Translations under genes and position numbers: made by a program
Notes under the pieces: model-generated
Told to the model about the DNA's origin: nothing
The model's input: the letters and a program-made list of their open reading frames with translations, nothing else
Database searches by the model: none
Part shown: positions 50,847-57,375 of the stretch, piece by piece
Layout of the letters: each line of letters begins with the position of its first letter
How positions within the stretch are numbered: the stretch's first letter is position 1
NCBI GenBank assembly: GCA_049698095.1
Contig: JBAVXA010000210.1
Coordinates: 1-57,375 of the forward strand
Reading direction: 5' to 3'
DNA length: 57,375 nt
DNA from: Burkholderiales bacterium
GTDB taxonomy: Bacteria > Pseudomonadota > Gammaproteobacteria > Burkholderiales > JBEEJL01

Positions 50847-51380
50847 CTATTTTCCGTTCTGAGATTTTGCATCCACCCAGATAAATCCCTTCGCATTCGG
50901 CATCATCACCTTCGGTAAGGCCTGCGCGTTCATTTCCTGTTTCTCGTTGATCACATTATTCAATTGCAATAAGTAAGCAGTGAGGGCGTAAGTTTCGTCG
51001 TTCGTGAGCGAGCCGGGCGCGGTCATCGGCATGCCGCGGCGGATGAAGTCGAACAGTGTCGTCGCGTAGGGCCAATAGGTGCCGATGGTTTTGTCGGGTG
51101 AGGCGCTGGTGAGGGCGTGGGTGCCGTTGGCGAGTTCGGTGGCCGATGCGCCGATGCCTTTTTCGCCGTGGCAGGACGCGCAGTGTTTTTCGAACAGGGG
51201 TTTGCCTTGCTGCGCGTTGCCGCGACCGGTGGGCAGGCCGCGGCCGTCGGGGTAGATGCTGAGATTAGTGCTTTTTATTTCTGCTTCGGTAGTGGGTTTA
51301 CCGAGGCGTGGGGAGTTGTCGGCAGCAAAAGCGGTTTGAGTAGCCAGCAGTAACAAAAAGAATAGTTTCGTATTAAGCAT
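50847..51380 (-). CDS. Monohaem cytochrome c subunit (SorB / SoxD-like partner)
   Basis: Signal peptide MLNTKLFFLLLLATQTAFA and a single CASCH haem site. The ATG overlaps the upstream stop by 8 nt. Confidence 0.8.
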   Translation of the reverse strand: MLNTKLFFLLLLATQTAFAADNSPRLGKPTTEAEIKSTNLSIYPDGRGLPTGRGNAQQGKPLFEKHCASCHGEKGIGASATELANGTHALTSASPDKTIGTYWPYATTLFDFIRRGMPMTAPGSLTNDETYALTAYLLQLNNVINEKQEMNAQALPKVMMPNAKGFIWVDAKSQNGK

Positions 51381-52650
51381 ACACATGTGCAACCGAACCA
51401 TCGTCATCGATTTCCCACGCCACGATGCCGTTGTAATGAAAATAGCCGTGGCGTCCGCGCTCTTGAATTAACGCTTCCCGCTCGGGCTGCACGTAGCCGG
51501 ATTCGTCGGTGGCGCGACTTTTCAGGATGGCGGCTTTGCCGTCCCAGTTCCAGCCCATGCGAAAGCGGGTGAAGCATTGCGGCAGCACCGGTCCTTGCAT
51601 CGCGGCTTCTCCCCAGCTTTTGCCGCCGTCTGCGGAGACTTCGACTTTGCTGATTTTGCCTCGGCCAGACCAGGCGAGTCCGCTGATTTGGTAAAACCCC
51701 GGTGCGCGCAATTTGTAACCCAGCGACGGCGACGTGATCAGCGATTTCGCTTCCATCACAAACGTGAACTGCCGTGCTTTTCCGGAAGGCAATAGTTCGG
51801 TGTATTGCGACGTTTCGTTGCGCGACATGATGGGTTGGTCGCTGAGCTCGAAGCGGCGCAGCCATTTCACATTCAATACGCCTTCCCAGCCGGGAACGAT
51901 CAAACGCAATGGAAAACCGTTCTCCGGCCGCAGGCGCTCGCCGTTCTGGTAAAGCGCGATGATCGCATCCTGCATGAGTTTTTCCAGCGGTAGACTCATG
52001 TTGTGAGCGATGGCGTCTGCGCCTTCGGCGATGACCCACGAGGCTTTCCCATCGACGCCGGCTTCATTCAACAGCACGGAAACCGGCACCCCGGTCCATT
52101 CGTTGCACGAAGCGAGGCCATGCAGATTTCCGGCGGAAGTTTGCAGCGGCTCCTGATGCCAGCCGGAAAAACTGTTGCCGCCGCATTCGAGAAAAATCAG
52201 CTTCGAGGTCATTGGATAGCGCAACAAATTGTCCACGCTGAAAGTCAGCGGTTGCTTCACCAAACCATGAATCAAAAGTTTGTGTTGGGCCGCGTCGATT
52301 TCCGGCACGCCGTTGTGGTGGCGCTCGAAATGCAAACCGGTCGGCGTGATGACGCCTTCGAGTTCGTCCAATGGCGTCCACGAGGAACCGTTACCCGCAA
52401 CGACGCGATTCGCGGTAATGCGACGAATGGTTTTAACTTGTTTGGATGGTTGCCCGTAATTGGAAAACGGCAGGCCTGGCTTTTGCATCCACGGCGGCGT
52501 GGTGAGATTTTCTGCGGCGATTGCGGGAACCGCCATGGTCGCGCCGGTTGCAGCCACTTGCTTAAAAAATACGCGGCGATGTAACAGGCCGTTGTCGGCG
52601 ACAATTTCGAGATCGGATGCAGCGGGCAGATTTTTTTTGTTTTGGCGCAT
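51373..52650 (-). CDS. Molybdopterin sulfite-oxidase-family dehydrogenase (SorA/SoxC type), Tat-exported
   Basis: Twin-arginine signal HRRVFFKQVAATGATMAVPAIAA, Mo-ligand Cys in FLECGGNS, and a C-terminal dimerisation domain. Confidence 0.85.
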   Translation of the reverse strand: MRQNKKNLPAASDLEIVADNGLLHRRVFFKQVAATGATMAVPAIAAENLTTPPWMQKPGLPFSNYGQPSKQVKTIRRITANRVVAGNGSSWTPLDELEGVITPTGLHFERHHNGVPEIDAAQHKLLIHGLVKQPLTFSVDNLLRYPMTSKLIFLECGGNSFSGWHQEPLQTSAGNLHGLASCNEWTGVPVSVLLNEAGVDGKASWVIAEGADAIAHNMSLPLEKLMQDAIIALYQNGERLRPENGFPLRLIVPGWEGVLNVKWLRRFELSDQPIMSRNETSQYTELLPSGKARQFTFVMEAKSLITSPSLGYKLRAPGFYQISGLAWSGRGKISKVEVSADGGKSWGEAAMQGPVLPQCFTRFRMGWNWDGKAAILKSRATDESGYVQPEREALIQERGRHGYFHYNGIVAWEIDDDGSVAHVYA

Positions 52651-52671
52651 CTTGCCTGCTGGCGTGATTAT

Positions 52672-52695
52672 TATATAACTATTTGATTATATTAA
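52672..52695 (-). repeat. AT-rich junction repeat, copy M
   Basis: ttaatataATCAAatagTTAtata (minus strand); exact IHF-type core. Fills the SoxYZ-like/SorA junction. Confidence 0.8.
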
Positions 52696-52703
52696 GTATT
52701 TCA

Positions 52704-53534
52704 TTACGATTTGCCTGCCACTACTTCGAGTGCGCCATTAAATTTTTTGTCGGCCGTATCTTCCACTTCTGCTTTCAACACGCCCTTTTCCTTCGGCACA
52801 AAGTAGAAACGGAAGTTCGGGTTTTCGCTGATGGAAAAATCGACATCGGCGGTGAGTACCGGTTTATCGGCATACGTCACGTTGATGCGGCGGACGTAAT
52901 AAGCGGGCACGAACAGGCGCGTGACCTGATCCATCGCCAGGCCCGAATTGTTCGGATGGTTGACCATGAGCTGCACCAGATTCGGCTGGTTATATTTCAC
53001 GTCGTTTTCCAGCCGCATCTTGATTTTGCCCACCTTGGACATCGCTTCGGCCTGGTCCTTGCCGGCCGGCGCGGAGCATCCGCCGGATGCCTTGATATAA
53101 CGAGCCACGCTGTAAAGTTTGCCGTCGTTCATTTCTGCGATGGCGCGAATGTAGGAATACTCTTCCACGCGAATCCGCGTTTCCAGATCAGCACGACCGC
53201 TGTCCGGCGTCATGGTAAACACGGCTGCGATCGGCGACGGGTTTTTGTCCACGATGAGATAGACTTTTTTCACGTATTCATTCGGGTTTTGCTGCAGCTG
53301 GGCCTTGATTGATATTGGCACGGTCGCCGCATCTTCCGCGCGCACCGGCGCGTCAAGCTGAATGACTTTGTCGGCTTTCTCGCTGATCGGCCGGCTCTCG
53401 AACAGGCTTTTGCGCACCTTTCCCCACATTTCCGTATTCGGATCGGGGTCGGCGTCGGCAGCGTAAACTGTCGTTGCGCCCAGCGTCAGGGCAATCACGC
53501 ACAGCAACGGCTTGAGAAACTTGAGTGAGTTCAT
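52704..53534 (-). CDS. Fused SoxY-SoxZ-like carrier protein
   Basis: Signal peptide MNSLKFLKPLLCVIALTLGATTVYA. Internal carrier-Cys motif KASGGCSAP between a SoxY-like and a SoxZ-like half. Resembles the family described as quinoprotein-dehydrogenase-associated SoxYZ-like carrier (from memory of TIGRFAM descriptions). Confidence 0.75.
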   Translation of the reverse strand: MNSLKFLKPLLCVIALTLGATTVYAADADPDPNTEMWGKVRKSLFESRPISEKADKVIQLDAPVRAEDAATVPISIKAQLQQNPNEYVKKVYLIVDKNPSPIAAVFTMTPDSGRADLETRIRVEEYSYIRAIAEMNDGKLYSVARYIKASGGCSAPAGKDQAEAMSKVGKIKMRLENDVKYNQPNLVQLMVNHPNNSGLAMDQVTRLFVPAYYVRRINVTYADKPVLTADVDFSISENPNFRFYFVPKEKGVLKAEVEDTADKKFNGALEVVAGKS

Positions 53535-53571
53535 GGCACTTACCCCTGAATAGGCATTCACTGAAAAAATT

Positions 53572-54519
53572 CTACTCTTCCCACTCCAGTTGCGCAAACG
53601 CAGTGGTGACGTTGCGCTTGTGAAAAGTATCAAACAATAGCCAGTTATCGCGCTCGCCGATTCCCACTGTTTCAACTGCCTGCTGGATGGTTTTCCTGTT
53701 TCGCAGCATTAGTCGGGTTTCGGCGAGTAAACTTTCCAGATAGCGCTGCTGGTTGTCTGCCGCCGCAGGCCAGTTTTTTTGCACGGCGCCGTGGCCGGGA
53801 ATCACCGTCGTCGCTTTGATGCCGCGAAGCTCGTTCATCACCACCAGCCAGCCGGTCAGATTTCCGTCGAGCACCGGCGTATGGCCAATGAATAACAGGT
53901 CTGACAGCCACAAGGTTCCGCTGGTTTCATCAAACACGGTTACATCATTGTCCGTGTGCGCCGTGCGCCACGCGCGCAAAGCCAGTTTGCGTCCGCCGAG
54001 ATCGAGTTCGAGCGTGTCGGTTAACGTTTGCGTCGGCGCAACGATGACGCTGCCATCTGCTGCCTCGCCCAATACACGCTTGATTGCATTGAGATAATTC
54101 TGCGCGCGCGTTGCCATGGCGAGCGGCAGTTTTGCATGGCCGATAAACGCGGGCCTGTCGGCATTGAAAGCAGCGTTGCCAAAAATATGATCCGGATGCA
54201 CGTGGGTATTAATGACATAACAAACCGGCAGCGGCGTCACGCGCGAAATTGCCGCACGGAGTTTTTTGCCGACGACGAGACTGCCGCCGCTGTCGACCAC
54301 GGCGACGCACTTGCTGCCGACAATAAAGCCGATGTTGGCGATGTCGCCCTGGTTCGCGGCAGCACTCTCCTGCACCACCGCCTGATGCACAAACACGCCC
54401 TTCGCCACTTCGCTCAACGGCCATTGGTCGTCCTCGATAGTCGCCCGGACATGCGTCGGTGGCAACGCTGCGCAAGCGGCGAGAAGACCGACTAAAAATA
54501 AATATTTAAATATAATCAT
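53572..54519 (-). CDS. Exported SoxH-like metallo-beta-lactamase-fold zinc hydrolase
   Basis: Intact INTHVHPDH motif plus PGHG. The signal-peptide codons MIIFKYLFLVG are supplied by a repeat copy. Confidence 0.85.
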   Translation of the reverse strand: MIIFKYLFLVGLLAACAALPPTHVRATIEDDQWPLSEVAKGVFVHQAVVQESAAANQGDIANIGFIVGSKCVAVVDSGGSLVVGKKLRAAISRVTPLPVCYVINTHVHPDHIFGNAAFNADRPAFIGHAKLPLAMATRAQNYLNAIKRVLGEAADGSVIVAPTQTLTDTLELDLGGRKLALRAWRTAHTDNDVTVFDETSGTLWLSDLLFIGHTPVLDGNLTGWLVVMNELRGIKATTVIPGHGAVQKNWPAAADNQQRYLESLLAETRLMLRNRKTIQQAVETVGIGERDNWLLFDTFHKRNVTTAFAQLEWEE

Positions 54520-54530
54520 ATAGTTATGAA
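54507..54530 (+). repeat. AT-rich junction repeat, copy N
   Basis: taaatataATCATatagTTAtgaa. Overlaps the start codon and first codons of the minus-strand MBL gene. Confidence 0.75.
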
Positions 54531-54739
54531 TGGCGCGCGATCTGACAATGGAACGACATTACGTGTGCGTGAGATTGTATGGTAATGCTTTTCGTTGCAT
54601 TGGTAAGCGCAAATAAATCGTTACACCAACTTGCGCGCGTGGATATATGCGTGGTGCAATGGCTAGCTGCTGGCATAGACATTGCGATAATTCGACAAAC
54701 ACCTCATCGGAGCGAAAAGTGACTGACCATAGCGACGCA

Positions 54740-55744
54740 ATGCTGCAGGATTGGCGCACCCGCGCGCTGAACCTGGAAAATCAGGTGAACAAAATCGTGA
54801 TCGGCCAGGAGCGCGTGGTGCGCCTGCTCAACACCGCGCTGTTCGCGCGCGGCCATGTCTTGCTCGAGGGCGATGTCGGTGTCGGCAAGACCACATTATT
54901 GCGTGCGTATTCGCGCGCCATCGGCGGTGCCTATTCGCGCATAGAGGGCACGATAGATTTGATGCCGAATGACCTGATTTATTACACCTTCATCAGCGCA
55001 GACGGCAAGCCGCGCGTCGATCCCGGGCCGCTGCTCATGCACGGCGAAAATCTCAGCACGTTTTTTTTCAACGAGATCAACCGCGCGCGGCCGCAGGTAC
55101 ATTCGCTGCTGCTGCGCGTGATGGCCGAGCGTAGCGTGACGGCGTTTAACCGCGAATATCATTTTCCGCACCTGTTGGTTTTTGCCGACCGTAATCGCGT
55201 GGAAAAAGAAGAGACATTCGAAATCTCGTCCGCCGCACGCGACCGGTTCATGATGGAGATTTTTATCGACACGCCCGCCGATGCGGCGATTCAGCAGGCG
55301 CTGATGTTCGATCCGATTTACCACGATTCGGACGCGCTGGTGAATCGCATCACGCCGGGCCTGCTCGAATTCGAGAAGCTCGAGGACATTGGCGCGGCGA
55401 TACAACTCGGCATCGAAGCCAGCCAGACGCTTTGCGATTATGCGCTGAATTTATGGCGCGCCACGCGCGAGCCGGCGGCGTTCGGCGTAAAAATCAACGG
55501 CGCCGATGTCAGTCATCTGGTGCTCGCCGGCGCCAGCCCGCGCGGAATGAGCATGTTGTTGCGCGCGTCGCGCGTCGCCGCCTGGCTGGACGGCCGCCAT
55601 TACGTCGTGCCGGAAGACATCCAGTCGATCTTCGCGCAGGTCATCGCGCACCGCGTTTTTTTCAATCCGGTGTACGAATTGCGCCGCGCGGAAGTGTCGC
55701 GTGAATTGATCGACGGCATCATGAATAAAGTTGCGGCGCCGTAA
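54740..55744 (+). CDS. MoxR-family AAA+ ATPase
   Basis: Walker A GDVGVGKTT, Walker B-like FFFNEINRA, and a MoxR-type C-terminal lid. Start uncertain (ATG 54740; the track begins at 54647). Confidence 0.88.
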   Translation: MLQDWRTRALNLENQVNKIVIGQERVVRLLNTALFARGHVLLEGDVGVGKTTLLRAYSRAIGGAYSRIEGTIDLMPNDLIYYTFISADGKPRVDPGPLLMHGENLSTFFFNEINRARPQVHSLLLRVMAERSVTAFNREYHFPHLLVFADRNRVEKEETFEISSAARDRFMMEIFIDTPADAAIQQALMFDPIYHDSDALVNRITPGLLEFEKLEDIGAAIQLGIEASQTLCDYALNLWRATREPAAFGVKINGADVSHLVLAGASPRGMSMLLRASRVAAWLDGRHYVVPEDIQSIFAQVIAHRVFFNPVYELRRAEVSRELIDGIMNKVAAP

Positions 55745-55837
55745 GCCGATGGCGGAGCCGGCAATTTTCAGCATGGCGCGGATTTTCCTCCCGATGGCGA
55801 TACGCGAGCCAAAGCGGCGCAAGGCGAGTCGGAGCGG

Positions 55838-56776
55838 GTGCAGACCGCATTCGCGCTGGACGCAAAGTACGTACCGGCAAGCGATGATCGGGCCGGTTAC
55901 CGCCCATGGCGGAGCGCGGCATTAGCTATGCTCGGCGAGTTCCATTACCGCATCAACGCGCGCGCGGGCGGTTATTTCCCCGGTCACCATCGCAGTGTGC
56001 AACCCGGCGGCGCGTTCGAGTTTCGCGGCCACGTGCCGCTGCTCGACCGGCCGGATGCGCGTCGACTTGATGTTCACGTCAGTCTGCGCGATCCGTTCGG
56101 CGGCTGGGTGGTGCGCGATTTCAAGCAACGCAGCAGCGTGCCGTTATATGTCATCGGCGATATTTCCGCGTCGATGGGGTTTGCCGGCCTCGCAGGGCGT
56201 AAACTCGACGTATTGGCGGACATTCTTGCCTCGGCCGCCTACTCGGCACATCGTACCGGCGACCGTTTCGGTTTTGTCGCCTGCGATACGCAAGTGCGCG
56301 AAGAGTTTTTTCAGCCGCCAAGTCATTTGCGCGGCGCTGGTGCGGCAGCGGAAAAGGCGTTGCGCGGGTTAACGCCAACCGGCAAAAAAGCCGACGGATT
56401 GCTCGACGCGCACAAATATCTGGCCCGCCAGCGCGCGCTGATTTTTCTGGTGTCGGATTTTCATTTTCCCGTTAAATTGCTCGATGACATTATGCAAACC
56501 TTGTCGCGACACCAGGTTATCCCGCTGGTGTTATGGGACGCTGCCGAATACGCAAACCTGCCTAATTACGGCTTCGCCACCTTGCGCGATAGCGAGAGCG
56601 GCAGACAACGCAGCGTGTGGATGCGTCCGAAACTGCGCGAGCGCATCCGGGCGCATTTTGCGCAACATCGCGCGGCGATGGAGCAGATCTTCATGCAACG
56701 ACAATCGCCGGCGGTTTTTCTGCAAGGCAGGTTCGAACCTGACCTACTCACGCAATATTTTTATAGTCATGCGTAA
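55838..56776 (+). CDS. DUF58 (vWA-like) protein, MoxR partner
   Basis: YVIGDISASMGF (DxSxS MIDAS-like motif) and FLVSDF. Start uncertain (GTG 55838 or ATG 55928). Confidence 0.8.
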   Translation: MQTAFALDAKYVPASDDRAGYRPWRSAALAMLGEFHYRINARAGGYFPGHHRSVQPGGAFEFRGHVPLLDRPDARRLDVHVSLRDPFGGWVVRDFKQRSSVPLYVIGDISASMGFAGLAGRKLDVLADILASAAYSAHRTGDRFGFVACDTQVREEFFQPPSHLRGAGAAAEKALRGLTPTGKKADGLLDAHKYLARQRALIFLVSDFHFPVKLLDDIMQTLSRHQVIPLVLWDAAEYANLPNYGFATLRDSESGRQRSVWMRPKLRERIRAHFAQHRAAMEQIFMQRQSPAVFLQGRFEPDLLTQYFYSHA

Positions 56777-57375
56777 CCTGGTTGCTCTGTTTTTTTGCCT
56801 GCTGACTTTGCCGCTGGCTGCCAACGCAGAGCAGAAACCGGCGGAGGCCAACACGGAAAATAACGGCGCGGCGCAGGTTAGCGTGCGCACGCTTGACCCA
56901 CGACCGTTTGGCTATGTCATTGGCGATGAATTGTCTCGGCGCATTGAAATTGATACGCCGCCGAGTTTTAAACTGTCTGCCGATTCGTTGCCGCGCCCCG
57001 GCCGGGTCGATGCCTGGCTGGAGCTGCGCAAAATAGCGGTGGCGCAAAAAGCATATGGTGCCAACGTACGGCACACGCTCGACCTGCGTTATCAGATTCT
57101 CAATTCACCGCAAGCCGTGAAAACCCATTATCTACCGAAGATATTGATTATATTAAATAATAATGATCAAATGCAACCGGTAGAGATTAACGAAACGCCA
57201 TTCACGCTTGCGCCGATCACGCCGGCGTTTGTGCTCGCCCGTGACGGTCTCGAGGAATTGCGCGCAGATAGACCCGCCCCGTTGATCGACGCGTCAGCGC
57301 ATTATTGGCGCCTCGGTTTTGCTGCATTGGCAACTGCGGCTGCGTTGTTTTCGTTGATTTATATAAAGTGGGGCA
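56769..57375 (+). CDS. Exported protein of unknown function (MxaA-like position after MoxR/DUF58); runs off the right edge
   Basis: Absent from the track because it has no stop in the window. The ATG overlaps the DUF58 stop (ATGCGTAA). My translation: MRNLVALFFCLLTLPLAANA EQKPAE...YLPKILIILNNNDQMQPVEINETPF...LFSLIYIKWG, with no stop through 57375. Confidence 0.65.
   Translation, partial: MRNLVALFFCLLTLPLAANAEQKPAEANTENNGAAQVSVRTLDPRPFGYVIGDELSRRIEIDTPPSFKLSADSLPRPGRVDAWLELRKIAVAQKAYGANVRHTLDLRYQILNSPQAVKTHYLPKILIILNNNDQMQPVEINETPFTLAPITPAFVLARDGLEELRADRPAPLIDASAHYWRLGFAALATAAALFSLIYIKWG
57133..57156 (-). repeat. AT-rich junction repeat, copy O (intragenic)
   Basis: ttaatataATCAAtatcTTCggta (minus strand). 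Lies about 120 codons inside ORF 56769..>57375 and is read as KILIILN. Confidence 0.6.

Overview
A 57.4-kb chromosomal segment that looks proteobacterial, and from protein sequence betaproteobacterial (inference only). About 55 genes are densely packed. I found no rRNA, CRISPR array, transposase, integrase or recognisable defence genes. Content from left to right: (1) housekeeping genes (SLT transglycosylase, proS, rppH, proB-obgE-rpmA-rplU, ispB, tRNA-Pro); (2) an ECF sigma/anti-sigma pair divergent from a DUF4331/TPR/lipoprotein/DUF3455 exported-protein cluster; (3) a rubrerythrin / CCG-domain Fe-S protein / DUF3501 triad; (4) a sux-like sucrose locus (LacI, TonB-dependent receptor, GH13 sucrose phosphorylase, MFS, glucokinase, fructokinase); (5) convergent with it, a red-type form IC Calvin-cycle operon (cbbR <> cbbL-cbbS-cbbX-fbp-prk); (6) a roughly 14-kb beta-1,3-glucan (laminarin-type) utilisation island (GH17, porin, lipoprotein, esterase, GH81, ABC importer, GH1, LacI) with two identical 16-bp palindromic operators; (7) a SoxC/SorA-type molybdoenzyme with its cytochrome c, next to a fused SoxYZ-like carrier and a SoxH-like metallo-beta-lactamase, then MoxR/DUF58. 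The feature that gene annotation does not explain is a dispersed 24-30 nt AT-rich repeat, consensus about TTAATATAATCAAATAGTTATAAT. I count at least 15 copies in both orientations. Almost all sit at gene junctions, and several are translated in frame. Six copies carry an exact IHF-type core (WATCAANNNNTTR). The repeat is absent from about 15 kb of the glucan island. All calls come from reading the sequence and the supplied translations; no database search was run.
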